Below, piece after piece: positions 16,627 to 26,317 of a DNA stretch of 64,000 nt. The stretch is from Thermoplasmata archaeon. GTDB lineage: Archaea > Thermoplasmatota > Thermoplasmata > Lutacidiplasmatales > UBA184. Each line of letters starts with the position of its first letter. Position 1 is the stretch's first letter. Made by a program: the position numbers and the translations under genes. The notes beneath the pieces are model-generated. The model searched no databases and had not been told where the DNA came from. It saw only the letters and a program-made list of their open reading frames with translations. The stretch covers positions 173,652-237,651 of the forward strand of contig JAKAAX010000001.1 in NCBI GenBank assembly GCA_021802125.1, read 5' to 3'.

Positions 16627-17384
16627 GCTGCCACCTCCGCTCCGGCGGACGGAGCAGAGACCGCGTACCGGTCCCGCAGTGCCTGCTTCTGGACCTCGTA
16701 GATCTTCTTGCAGCCGGTGACGCCCAGGTCGAGGGAACGCTTCAGTTCGTCCCGGGTCATGTGTCCCTCCATCTGGAGCAGGACCAGCCGTCCGCTCCGC
16801 GGGACCAGGGCCATCGGGAGGTCGGCCTCGCCGTAGTTGTCCTCTTCCTTCTTCAGGTCCAGGACGATGGTCCCGGCGACCTTGCCCACGGCCACCGCGG
16901 GCACCAGGTCCACCATCGGGATCCCGGCGTCAGCGAGGGCGACGGAGGCGGCGACGACCCCGGCGCACCGGGTGCCGGCGTTGGCCTGGAGGACCTCGAT
17001 GTAGATGTCGATGGACGTCCTGGGGTACTCCTCGACGAAGAGGACGGACTCGAACGCCTCGGCGATGACCTTGCTGATCTCCTGCGACCGGCGGTCGAGG
17101 CCGGGACGCTTCCGCTCGTCGACGGAGAAGGCGGCCATGTTGTACTTGCACTGGACCACGGCCTTCGTGGTCTGCTGAAGGTGGCGCGGGTGGACCTCGC
17201 GAGGTCCGTAGACCGCGGCCATGACCTTGTTGTCGCCCCACTCGACGAACGCGCTGCCCTCGGCCTGCTGCAGCGGCCCCGCAGTGATGCGAAGAGGACG
17301 CAGGTCCTCGAGCCCCCTACCGTCGATACGTCGTCCGTTGGCGTCCAGGAGCTGCGGAACGTCCTTTGCCCCAATGCTACCCAT
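16623..17384 (-). CDS. rrp41: Exosome complex component Rrp41
   Basis: RIDGR, VYGPREVHPRH, RRSQEISKVI, AGTRCA, EEDNYGEADLP; GAGGAG SD before the ATG at 17384. Confidence 0.96.
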   Translation of the reverse strand: MGSIGAKDVPQLLDANGRRIDGRGLEDLRPLRITAGPLQQAEGSAFVEWGDNKVMAAVYGPREVHPRHLQQTTKAVVQCKYNMAAFSVDERKRPGLDRRSQEISKVIAEAFESVLFVEEYPRTSIDIYIEVLQANAGTRCAGVVAASVALADAGIPMVDLVPAVAVGKVAGTIVLDLKKEEDNYGEADLPMALVPRSGRLVLLQMEGHMTRDELKRSLDLGVTGCKKIYEVQKQALRDRYAVSAPSAGAEVAA

Positions 17385-18558
17385 GTTGTGTCTCCTCCTC
17401 GAACTCTTGTCCTTCTTCGAAGTACGTTGGACCTTGAACCTCCCCCTTCGGGGGGCGCGGCGGGGAGCCGTCGTGGACCTCCTCGCTTCCGCCATCGCCG
17501 CTGTCGCGCGTCGGGCGGTCGTATTCCTCATGCTGGGGCGTCCGGCCCGCCTGGGTGTCCAGGAGCGCCTTGACCCGGTCGGTCAGCCCGACCTTCTGGC
17601 CCTCGCGGTCGATGAGCGCCAAGACCTCGCGCACGCGACGGATCTGGTCGTTGTCCCCGTCGATCCAGACACGGCCGTTCTGCCCGACCACGAGCTTGGC
17701 CCCGGTGTCCTGCTGGATCATCTGGATCATGCTGCCGGACTTGCCGATCACCCGAGGGACCTTCGTCGGGGAGATCTCCACGACGTACCCTCCCTCGAGC
17801 TTCCCCAGGCCCGGACCGTTCATCGAGACCCCGATGCGGCGCTGTTCGTCGATGCCCTCGACACGGACGATCACCGTCTCCCCGGGGCGGAGGTACTCCC
17901 CGCACTCGCCGTACTCCATCTGCCAGGGGGTCCCGGTCATGTGGAGCGGGGTGAAGTGGGGAGCTCGGATGTCCAGAAGCCAGTAGGTCGGCCCGACCGC
18001 CTGGATGATGCCGACGACCATGTCGTCGCGCTGCGGGATGTAGCGGCCCGAGAGCGGGATCACGCGGACGAAGGGAGGACGGGGAGAGAGCAGCCCCATG
18101 ACGCTCGCGTAGATCTTGCCGTCGTCGCGGGACCGGTAGGTGCCGAACCCGGGCTTGAGCCCCTGCGCGGGAACCTCCTCGCCGGGAAGGACCAAGACAC
18201 GCTCGCCGCCGCCGCCTCCGCCACGCCCCAACGGGCGTCGCTCGTGGCCGGCCTTCGGACCGAAGTAGCGGCGCTCGCCGCCCCGCGGGGGACCGTCGCC
18301 GCGACCACCTCGGCCGCCGCCTCGTCCACCGCGGTCGCCGCCTCCAGGACCGCCTCGGCCCCGGTCGCGGTCGCGTCCACGGCCCCGGTCTCCGCCACGG
18401 GAGGGGCCGTCGCCACGGCGGTCCCGGTCGCGGAAGCCTCCGCGGCCTCCACGGTCCCGCCTTCGATTGTCACCTTCTCCGCGGCGCTCCCCGCGGTCCC
18501 CGTCCCGATCGCGACCATCTTCGTCGCGTGCGGGAGAGGGAGTCCCGTCGTCTCCCAT
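17377..18558 (-). CDS. rrp4: Exosome RNA-binding cap protein Rrp4 with long RG/RGG-rich N-terminal extension
   Basis: VLVLPGE, VIPLSGRYIP S1 domain, KVPRVIGKSGSMI and GQNGRVWI KH domain; ATG at 18558, 35 nt after the SBDS stop. Confidence 0.93.
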   Translation of the reverse strand: MGDDGTPSPARDEDGRDRDGDRGERRGEGDNRRRDRGGRGGFRDRDRRGDGPSRGGDRGRGRDRDRGRGGPGGGDRGGRGGGRGGRGDGPPRGGERRYFGPKAGHERRPLGRGGGGGGERVLVLPGEEVPAQGLKPGFGTYRSRDDGKIYASVMGLLSPRPPFVRVIPLSGRYIPQRDDMVVGIIQAVGPTYWLLDIRAPHFTPLHMTGTPWQMEYGECGEYLRPGETVIVRVEGIDEQRRIGVSMNGPGLGKLEGGYVVEISPTKVPRVIGKSGSMIQMIQQDTGAKLVVGQNGRVWIDGDNDQIRRVREVLALIDREGQKVGLTDRVKALLDTQAGRTPQHEEYDRPTRDSGDGGSEEVHDGSPPRPPKGEVQGPTYFEEGQEFEEETQHG

Positions 18559-18592
18559 GTCGCCTTTGAACGGCGCGGCCACCCTCAGGGCC

Positions 18593-19315
18593 TTATTTAA
18601 CCATCGCGCTCTCGACTTGTCCCTTTGCGCGAGCGTTGAGCCGGTCCAGCAGCTCCGTCTGGATACCCCCGGGGATCTCGACGATGGCGCTCCAGCCACC
18701 GTCCGCGAGCCACTCCTCGGAAAGGATCCTGGCGAGCGCCTTGACCTCGCCTATGATCTTGGGGTAGAACTGCCCGGGGACGTGCAGTTTGAGCTTCACG
18801 TGCTCCAGCCGGATCGGCAGGAGCGGACGCAGCTTGGCGAGGACCTCTTCGACCTGGGCGTCCACGCCCCGGAACGGGTCGACGTGGTACTTCGCCTCGT
18901 CCATCGCGGCGCTGATGCGCGCGGGGGGATGGGGAGCGTTGGTCTGGGGGTTGATCGCGTTGCGCGAGATGTAGTCCACGATCTGCTTGCGCTTCGCGTC
19001 CACCATCGCCCGACGCTGCTCGGTGGTGACCTGCACCTCTCCCTTGCGGATGATCTCCTTCGCGATCGCGAAGACGTCCGCGGTGTGGAACTGCTTCTCC
19101 AGGTACTCGGAGGAGATCTTCTCCCCCTTCCTCGCATCCTTGTAGATCTGGTCCTGGGGCATGTGCTCCCGCAGGTCCAGGTCCTTGCCGTCCTTGATCG
19201 CCTGGACCGCGACGGGGTCCACGAGGACCTCGAAGTGGCTGCCCCCGAAGGCGAGCCGTGCGACGACGGCGTCGTCCGCCTCGCGGCGCTTCTTCTCGCG
19301 GCCCGGTTGCATCAT
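18593..19315 (-). CDS. Ribosome assembly factor SBDS/Sdo1
   Basis: [43 protein letters not shown]; canonical position between psmA and rrp4. Confidence 0.95.
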   Translation of the reverse strand: MMQPGREKKRREADDAVVARLAFGGSHFEVLVDPVAVQAIKDGKDLDLREHMPQDQIYKDARKGEKISSEYLEKQFHTADVFAIAKEIIRKGEVQVTTEQRRAMVDAKRKQIVDYISRNAINPQTNAPHPPARISAAMDEAKYHVDPFRGVDAQVEEVLAKLRPLLPIRLEHVKLKLHVPGQFYPKIIGEVKALARILSEEWLADGGWSAIVEIPGGIQTELLDRLNARAKGQVESAMVK

Positions 19316-19349
19316 GGGAGGTTCTAGGGAGCTGGGTCCCTCGACCCTC

Positions 19350-20096
19350 TCAGCTCTTGGACCCCTTCTCCTTGGGGGCCAGGCGGGAAACGTACTTCTG
19401 GATCTGCTCGGAGTTCAGGCGGGTGAAGCCCTTCTCCTTCTGGATCGTGCAGATCTCGACGGACGAGAGGTTCGACGGGTCCTCCATCGACTGCTGAAGT
19501 CCCTCGAGCGCGAGCAGGACGGCCGAGTCCATGTCCATGCCCTGGCTGTACTTCTGTTCGAAGAGCTCCATCACCGGCGTGCGGTTGCCCCCGATCGAGG
19601 AGGCGCGGAACGACGTGAGCGAGCCGGAGGGGTCCGTCTCGAACAGGTGGACGCCCGTGTCGTCGTACCCCCCGATGAGGAGGGCCGTGCCGAACGGCCG
19701 GACACCGCCGTACTGGGTGTACTGCTGCTTGTAGTCGCAGATGCGCCGGACCAGCACCTCGAGGCTGATCGGCTCCGCGTAGGTCACGCGGTTGATCTGA
19801 GAAGCGAGGCGCGCGTAGTCGACCAGGACGCGGGCGTCGGCGACGAGCCCCGCCGTGGCCGCGCCGATGTGGTCGTCGATCTGGTGGATCTTCTCTACGC
19901 TGGAGGCTTCCGCCAGCTTCGGGTTCGAGATCCTGCGGTCCGCGACCAGCACGACGCCGTCCTTTGCGACGACCCCGGCGGTGGCGGTCCCGCGTCGGAC
20001 AGATTCCCGGGCGTACTCGACCTGGAACAGCCGGCCGTCGGGAGAGAATACGGTGATCGCGCGGTCATAGGCCATCTGGCCCGGTTGCATCTCCAT
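19350..20096 (-). CDS. psmA: Proteasome subunit alpha
   Basis: [37 protein letters not shown]. Confidence 0.98.
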   Translation of the reverse strand: MEMQPGQMAYDRAITVFSPDGRLFQVEYARESVRRGTATAGVVAKDGVVLVADRRISNPKLAEASSVEKIHQIDDHIGAATAGLVADARVLVDYARLASQINRVTYAEPISLEVLVRRICDYKQQYTQYGGVRPFGTALLIGGYDDTGVHLFETDPSGSLTSFRASSIGGNRTPVMELFEQKYSQGMDMDSAVLLALEGLQQSMEDPSNLSSVEICTIQKEKGFTRLNSEQIQKYVSRLAPKEKGSKS

Positions 20097-20134
20097 GAGG
20101 TTGCGCCTCGGTTACGACGCGGGACATTCACCCC

Positions 20135-20142
20135 ATTTATAA
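20135..20142 (-). promoter_or_regulatory. TATA box of the psmA/exosome operon
   Basis: TTATAAAT on - strand about 40 nt upstream of the psmA ATG, in otherwise very GC-rich DNA. Confidence 0.7.
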
Positions 20143-20247
20143 GGACTCGTGGGGCGCGATGTCCGTCACGTCGTGGGGGCACCCTGACGCGTGGGGGGAC
20201 TCCGCGACGAACCCTTTTCCCTAATGGGTGTGGTCCGGCATGCGAAG

Positions 20248-22356
20248 ATGCCGGCCTCCCCGTTGAAGCCCGCGCGGCGGCTGGAACATGCGGCCTCCGC
20301 CTACCTGCGTTCGGCCGCCGAGCAGCAGATCGAGTGGTTCCCTTGGGGCGAGGAGCCCTTCCGACGGGCGAAGGAGAGCGGCCGCCCGGTCCTCCTCGAC
20401 ATCGGGGCCGCCTGGTGCCACTGGTGTCACGTGATGGACGAGGGGACCTACAGCGACCCTGAGGTCGCCCGGCTCGTCGAGCAGAACTTCGTCGCCGTGA
20501 AGGTCGACCGCGACGAGAATCCCGAGGTGGACCGGCGATACCAGAAGCAGGTGAACGCCCTCTCGGGGGAAGGAGGATGGCCGCTCACCGCCTTCCTGAC
20601 GCCGCAGGGAGAGACGTTCCTCGGCGGGACGTACTACCCGCCCGCCGACTACGGTGGACGGCCGGGGTTCCGGCGCGTGCTGCAGGAGGTCTCCCGTCTG
20701 TGGCGCGAAGAGCGCTCGGCGCTCCACGAACAGGCGGCCTCGGTGGCTCAGGGCCTGCGAAGCATGGAGCACCGCGGTTCGCAAGGCTCGCCCACGCTCC
20801 AGGGGTTCGTGGAGGGCACCGTGGCCCACGCCCTCGAGCAGTACGACGCCTCCCATGGCGGTTTCGGCGGCGCTCCGAAGTTCCCGCACCCCACCGGGAT
20901 CTCCCTCCTGATGCTCCACGCCGCGCGCTCCGGCGATGCGAGGAGCGCCGAAGCGGCGCGCAACTCCCTCCTGCACATGGCGGACGGTGGGGTCTACGAC
21001 CAGCTCGGGGGCGGGTTCCACCGTTACTCGGTCGATGAGGGATGGCGCGTCCCGCACTTCGAGAAGATGGCCGTGGACAACGCCCAGCTCCTGATCGCCT
21101 ACGTTGAGGGCTGGAGCGCGTTCCACGAGGAGCGGTTCCGGGAGGTGATCTCCGGGACCACCGAGTGGGTCCTCTCGACGCTCGGCCGTGACCCGAAGGG
21201 CGGGTTCGCCGCCAGCCAGGACGCCGACAACGCGCCGGGGGACGACGGGGGGTACTTCACCTGGTCCACCTCCGAGGTCCGGTCGCTCCTCACCCCGGAG
21301 GAGTTCCGGGCGGTCCGGTGGCGGCACGGGCTCGGCGGGGAGGCGCGGATGCACCTCAATCCCCTCCAGAGCGTGCTCCAGCGACTGTTCTCCGTCGCCG
21401 AGGTCGCGGACCACCTCAAGGTCGCTCCCGAGCAGGCGAGCTCCTGGCTGGAGTCGGCCCACGCGAAGATGCGGAAGGTCCGGGCGGCCCGACCCGAGCC
21501 GTTCGTCGACCCCGCGATCTACGCCTCGCTGAACGGCATGCTCATCGGCGCTCTCGCCGAAGCGGGACGCGCCCTGGGCGAGGCCCGCCCGATCGAGGCC
21601 GCACGGCGTGCCGCGGACCGCTTCCTCGCCGAGGCCTTCGACCCCCACCGGGGGGTCGCGCACCAGCTCGGCCCCCAGGGGGCTCTCGGCTGGGGCCTGC
21701 TCGAGGACCAGAGCGAGTTCGCCCTTGGGCTCCTCCGACTGGCCGAGGTCACCCAGGAGGGACGGTACGTGGAGCGCGCCCGTGAGGTGCTGGAGGTCGT
21801 CCTGCGGGAGTTCCCAACCCCGCCGGAGGGGCTGCTGCGCGACCTTGCACCGAAGCTCTACGACGGTCCGAAGGTGGGCGCGTGGGAGACGCCGAGCTTC
21901 CCCCTGGAGGACACTCCGCACCTTTCCGCCACCTCCGCAGCCGCGCTGGCCCTGCTCAAGCTGAACGCGCTGACCGGCGCGGCGGAGGAGGACCCGCGCG
22001 CGACCGCGCTCCTCAACGCCTGCGTCCCCCGCCTCCAGCATGCGGGACTCTTCGGGGCGGGCGCCGCGCTCGCCTCAGCGATCCACCTCGAACCTGCCGT
22101 CCGCGTGGTGGTGGAGGGCGAGGGCCCCGAGGCGGACGCGCTCTGGAACGCGGCGGTCCATACCTACCATCCTAGGAGAGTGCTCTTCCGCGGACCCCCC
22201 CAGCCGCCCTTCACCCTCCCGGAGGAGGCCGTCGCGGCGTCCGGTCGCGGAAGAGGCCCCCGAGCGTTGGTCTGTCGGGGAACCTCCTGCCTGCCCCCGA
22301 TCACCCGACCGGAGGAGCTCTCGCAGGCGCTCCGGTCCGGCTCGGGGAAGCGCTGA
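20248..22356 (+). CDS. YyaL/SSP411-family thioredoxin-domain protein
   Basis: WCHWCHVM, VKVDRDE, GGWPLTAFLTP, GGFGGAPKFP, GGGFHRYSVD, VPHFEKM. Start may instead be 20224. Confidence 0.92.
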   Translation: MPASPLKPARRLEHAASAYLRSAAEQQIEWFPWGEEPFRRAKESGRPVLLDIGAAWCHWCHVMDEGTYSDPEVARLVEQNFVAVKVDRDENPEVDRRYQKQVNALSGEGGWPLTAFLTPQGETFLGGTYYPPADYGGRPGFRRVLQEVSRLWREERSALHEQAASVAQGLRSMEHRGSQGSPTLQGFVEGTVAHALEQYDASHGGFGGAPKFPHPTGISLLMLHAARSGDARSAEAARNSLLHMADGGVYDQLGGGFHRYSVDEGWRVPHFEKMAVDNAQLLIAYVEGWSAFHEERFREVISGTTEWVLSTLGRDPKGGFAASQDADNAPGDDGGYFTWSTSEVRSLLTPEEFRAVRWRHGLGGEARMHLNPLQSVLQRLFSVAEVADHLKVAPEQASSWLESAHAKMRKVRAARPEPFVDPAIYASLNGMLIGALAEAGRALGEARPIEAARRAADRFLAEAFDPHRGVAHQLGPQGALGWGLLEDQSEFALGLLRLAEVTQEGRYVERAREVLEVVLREFPTPPEGLLRDLAPKLYDGPKVGAWETPSFPLEDTPHLSATSAAALALLKLNALTGAAEEDPRATALLNACVPRLQHAGLFGAGAALASAIHLEPAVRVVVEGEGPEADALWNAAVHTYHPRRVLFRGPPQPPFTLPEEAVAASGRGRGPRALVCRGTSCLPPITRPEELSQALRSGSGKR

Positions 22357-22389
22357 GCCTCCCCCAGGAGATGGCTCCGGCGACCTCGG

Positions 22390-23271
22390 TTACGGGGTGG
22401 CCGAAGGTCGTGGTCTCGCCGCTGCGGCTGACCTCGCCCCCCGGGGCGGCACGATCGCAAAACGGACCTCCCCCAGGTCGGTCCCGTCGAGCAGGTAGGC
22501 CCGTGAAGATCCCCTGGACAGGAACCGCCGGACCAGGAAGCGGTGCCCCCGCTTCGGCTCCTCCCGGTTCAACGCCTCGCTTGCGCACAGCGGGTTGAAC
22601 GCCGGGAGGACGAGCATCTCCCGGGCCCTCGGCAGGGGGTGGGTGCGTCTCCGACGGCGCTCGGTCCGGGTCAGCGGCGGGAGGATCGTGCGCAGCCAGC
22701 AGGGCTCCTTCCCGGTCTGCGATCGCTCGTGCGACGGGGCCAGGCGGAAGCCGGGGTGAAGATGTCCGGCGACCAGGACCTTCGCGCCGCGCAGCATCCG
22801 GGCCGAGGGCCACGCGTGACCATGGAAGTATCCCACCCCGTCGCGCAGGAGACCGTCGGAGGGATGGAGCGCCACCCCGCTGGGGAGCGTGCGTGCGATC
22901 CCGACGTCGTGGTTCCCCAGGACGAGCTCGACCTCGAGCCCACCATCCGCCAGCCTTCCGAAGAACTCGGAGAGCTCCGCCCGGACGTGGCGGGGGACCC
23001 CGCGGATCGGGTCCTTCACGTCTCCCAGGAGAAGGGCCCGACGTGCGCCCACCCTCGAACCCGCGTCGAGCAGGCCCTCGGCGAGGGCCCTGGGCGAGCC
23101 GGCCTCCGGGCGCGGAGTGCGCGGCGAGGGCAATGCGAGGCCCACGTGGACATCGGAGGCGACGATCATCGGGAACGCTCCCCCGACACGGAGGACCCGC
23201 GTGCCCCGGATCGGCTCAAGCGTGGGGACGGGCCCGCGAGCTGGCCGCGCCTCCTCGTTCACGTGTCCCAC
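22390..23271 (-). CDS. Calcineurin-like metallophosphoesterase (archaeal COG1407-like)
   Basis: SDVHVG, LLGDVKD, GNHD, FHGH, GHLHP, LPAFNPL. Confidence 0.85.
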   Translation of the reverse strand: MGHVNEEARPARGPVPTLEPIRGTRVLRVGGAFPMIVASDVHVGLALPSPRTPRPEAGSPRALAEGLLDAGSRVGARRALLLGDVKDPIRGVPRHVRAELSEFFGRLADGGLEVELVLGNHDVGIARTLPSGVALHPSDGLLRDGVGYFHGHAWPSARMLRGAKVLVAGHLHPGFRLAPSHERSQTGKEPCWLRTILPPLTRTERRRRRTHPLPRAREMLVLPAFNPLCASEALNREEPKRGHRFLVRRFLSRGSSRAYLLDGTDLGEVRFAIVPPRGARSAAAARPRPSATP

Positions 23272-23544
23272 CCCTGGAATGAGGGGTCGGCGGACAAGAA
23301 GGTGGTGCGGCGAGGTGACCGCTTCGGGGGGAGCGCTTGGAGGGAGAGTGCGGTGCCCACCGAGCGGGTCGTCGCTCCCTCCCCGCCTCTCCGCTCCACA
23401 CCCTCCCCTACCCTCCTGCTCGCGTTTCCCCTACGTGGAGGAGGCGGATCCTAGTCGTTCCGCGGCCCCGTGGCCGAGGCGTCCTATCCATTTAGTACTC
23501 GAAAGAACGAGGCCTCATATGCCACGAGACACCTATCGACCTCA

Positions 23545-25227
23545 ATGGCAGTGGGCCCGGAGGTCTACGCCCCTGCTGAGCATCTCCTGATCGCCGTGGA
23601 CCGGACGCTCGGGATCCTGGACCCTCTGCACGGGGTCGAGAGGCCCGCTTCGCTCGTGCGCCAGACGCTCATGGAAGTGATGGCCGAGGTGTCGAGCACC
23701 CCGCGCATATTCATCACGCTCCTCGCCCACCCCGAGGTCGCTCCCCCCGCGGGCGAGCGGCGCGACAAGGCCGTGCACGCGATGCAGGGCCTGATGGACG
23801 ACATGAACCAGGTCACGAACTGGTTGAACGTGTTCGTGGCGAGCCTGGCCACCACCTCCCGGGTCCGGAGCGTTCGTTGCGATGTTCCGTACCTTATGGT
23901 CAAGCGGCTCCGGGACCGGATCGCCGAGCTGTACCTTCTGTTGCACCCCGGGAACCTTCCCGCCGAGGGGCCCGGCGATCCCCGCCAGTATGGTGTCCCG
24001 CCTCCACCTCGGCCGCCCGGGCCCCCGCGCGCCGGCTTTGGCGTTGTCCCTAACGGCGTTCCCCCTCCGGGCGTCGCTCCGCGACCTCTTCCTCCACCTC
24101 CACCTCCGCCCTCGCCTTCCACGCCTCCACTCTATCCTCCCGCGCCCCTCGCATCGCCCCCGCGCGCACAGACCCCGGCTCCAGCTCCGGGGATGCCCCC
24201 GGCGCGGGAGCCGCTTCCCGGGCGGCCCCCGGTCGGGGGAGCGGACCCCGGCCCTCGCCCATACGCGCCGCCGGCCCCGACGGCCGCGCCCAACCCTCCG
24301 TCCCAGGCTCCTCGCCCGTCCCCTCCGACCTCCGCCCCACCCAATCACCTCCCCGAGGGAGTGACCCTCTACGTTCCCGTGGCCATCCAGCGACAGCTCT
24401 TCCCGTCGGCCCGTGACCCGCCGCCGGGCAGTCCGTCGGTCGCTCCTGGTCCCCCACCTTCCCCCGCCCCAGCGGCACCGGTCCGTGCGCCACCCATCGC
24501 TGCGCAGGCCCCTCCGCCCGTTGGACCGCGACCAACGCCTGCGGGGCCACCTCCGGTCACGGGAGCCATGACGCCCCCCCCGGCAAGGGACCCACCGGTC
24601 GCCAACCTCCCGACTGCCGGGACCCCCGTTGTCTCCACACCAGCCCCCCCGCCACCCGGACCTCAGACGGTTGTCGGAGAGGCTGCTCCCTCTGCACCAG
24701 AGGCTGCTTCCCCGCCACCGACCGCTGCAGCTCCTGGTCCCTCGCCCAGCGCTCCGGCGGAGGCGAAGCCCCCGGCAGCCCCGCCTCCGGGGTCGGGCGC
24801 CCAAGCGGCCTCCGGCCCGGCCGAGGTGAGGGCTCCTCCGCGGGCGGCGGGGCCCACCCCAGCGCCCAAGCCCTCAAGCGGCGGCAAGGTCCGGCGCCGA
24901 GCGAGCGCCTCGAAGACGGGCCAGGACACCGGTGGAGCTGCATCGAAAGGCCGCGTCCCGGCGGCGTCCTCACCCCCGACCGCTGCGCCGCCCCCGCGGA
25001 GCCAGGGCCCGGGCAAGGGGCAAGCCCAGGGAGCGGAGAGCCGAGCCTCTCCCTCCCCCTCTTCGTCTTCCTCTTCCTCTCCCACTCCCGCTCCCTCGGC
25101 CCCGTCGGGAGGAGGCTCGGAGAGCGCCCCGGTCAAGAAGGTCCAAGCCCGCAAGAAGAGCGGAGCGAAGGAGCCCAAGCCGTCCAAATCGGCACCCGCC
25201 GAAGCCGACGGCGCGAACGGACCTTGA
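23545..25227 (+). CDS. Hypothetical protein: helical N-terminal domain plus ~420-aa Pro/Ala-rich low-complexity region
   Basis: Long ORF filling the gap between recognisable genes; first ~140 aa have normal composition. Start may instead be 23470. Confidence 0.6.
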   Translation: MAVGPEVYAPAEHLLIAVDRTLGILDPLHGVERPASLVRQTLMEVMAEVSSTPRIFITLLAHPEVAPPAGERRDKAVHAMQGLMDDMNQVTNWLNVFVASLATTSRVRSVRCDVPYLMVKRLRDRIAELYLLLHPGNLPAEGPGDPRQYGVPPPPRPPGPPRAGFGVVPNGVPPPGVAPRPLPPPPPPPSPSTPPLYPPAPLASPPRAQTPAPAPGMPPAREPLPGRPPVGGADPGPRPYAPPAPTAAPNPPSQAPRPSPPTSAPPNHLPEGVTLYVPVAIQRQLFPSARDPPPGSPSVAPGPPPSPAPAAPVRAPPIAAQAPPPVGPRPTPAGPPPVTGAMTPPPARDPPVANLPTAGTPVVSTPAPPPPGPQTVVGEAAPSAPEAASPPPTAAAPGPSPSAPAEAKPPAAPPPGSGAQAASGPAEVRAPPRAAGPTPAPKPSSGGKVRRRASASKTGQDTGGAASKGRVPAASSPPTAAPPPRSQGPGKGQAQGAESRASPSPSSSSSSSPTPAPSAPSGGGSESAPVKKVQARKKSGAKEPKPSKSAPAEADGANGP

Positions 25228-25339
25228 GCTCCCGGACCGCCTCCGCCAGGGTGGGAGCGGCCTGTTGGCCCCTCGCGCTACCGGTGGACCGTTGAAGAGA
25301 GGTTAAGTGCCGGCCTCTCCTGTACCGCCCCCGGGCCCC

Positions 25340-26317
25340 ATGTTCTCGAACCGGGAAGAAGGGCTCGCTCGGGTCTGTGAGCTCCTCCAGAGGGCGGGGT
25401 TCTACCTCTTCGACGTCCACCACGTGCGGCCCACGCCCTTCGACCTGATCGCCCGCCGGGACTCCACGCTGCTCCTGCTGAAGGTGCTGAAGAACGCGGA
25501 CGCGCTCGGCCCGGAGGACGCCGCCGGGCTCCGCCTCGTGGCGGAAGCGATGGGGGCGGTGGCGCTGGTCGTCGGCGGGACCTCGGGGCCCCACGAACTG
25601 GAGACCGGGATCATCTACTCCCGGCACGGCGTGGTCATCGTCTCCCTCCCGACGCTCACGGAATATCTCACCAAAGGCATCCCGCCGCTCCTGGTCTCGG
25701 GCCCGGGGGGGAAGTTCGCCCGGATCGACGGGCCGCGGCTTCGCCGGGTACGGGAGGAACGCGGGCTCTCCCTGGCGGCCGTGGCCGATGCGGCGGGGGT
25801 TTCCCGCCGCACGATCCAGCTCTACGAGGAGGGCACCGGTGCGGACCTGACCGTCCTCGACCGACTGGAGCGCTTCCTGGCCGTGCAGCTCGCGATCGCG
25901 CTGGACCCGTTCGCCGAAGGGCTCGTCGGAGCGTACCGCTCACAGCCGGAGGAGGACCGCGCTCCGCCCCGGGTGCGGGGCCCTCTCCCTCCCGCCGTGG
26001 TCGAAGAGCTCAACGAACGCGGGTGGGACCTGATCATCACCCTGCGCACGCCCTTCGACCTCCTCGCCCGCGAGGAAGCGCGACGCGAGGAACGGGTGCT
26101 CATCGGGGTCGGAGACCTTCAGAGCGCCGAGCGGCGCTCCCGCCTCCTGTTCCAAGTGGCGCGCGTCGCCGAGGGGCAGAGCCTGTTCGTGGTCCCGGAG
26201 CGACGGTCGAAGACGAACGTCGATGGCGTGCCGCTCGTGAGCTACCAGGAGCTCCGCCGGCATGCGGGGCCCGAGGAGCTTCGCGAGCTCCTGCGGGAGC
26301 GCCGGAAGCGACCGTGA
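25340..26317 (+). CDS. Archaeal HTH transcriptional regulator (COG1395-like: two nuclease-like folds flanking a Cro/CI HTH)
   Basis: FDLIARR...LLLKVLKNAD, LETGIIYSRHG, LRRVREERGLSL...GVSRRTIQLYEEG, RTPFD. TTAAG about 35 nt upstream of this ATG. Confidence 0.85.
   Translation: MFSNREEGLARVCELLQRAGFYLFDVHHVRPTPFDLIARRDSTLLLLKVLKNADALGPEDAAGLRLVAEAMGAVALVVGGTSGPHELETGIIYSRHGVVIVSLPTLTEYLTKGIPPLLVSGPGGKFARIDGPRLRRVREERGLSLAAVADAAGVSRRTIQLYEEGTGADLTVLDRLERFLAVQLAIALDPFAEGLVGAYRSQPEEDRAPPRVRGPLPPAVVEELNERGWDLIITLRTPFDLLAREEARREERVLIGVGDLQSAERRSRLLFQVARVAEGQSLFVVPERRSKTNVDGVPLVSYQELRRHAGPEELRELLRERRKRP

Noticed and set aside
22390-23271. Lhr-metallophosphoesterase-ligase repair cluster
   Set aside because: The phosphoesterase is about 24 kb from lhr and no ligase gene is present in the window.
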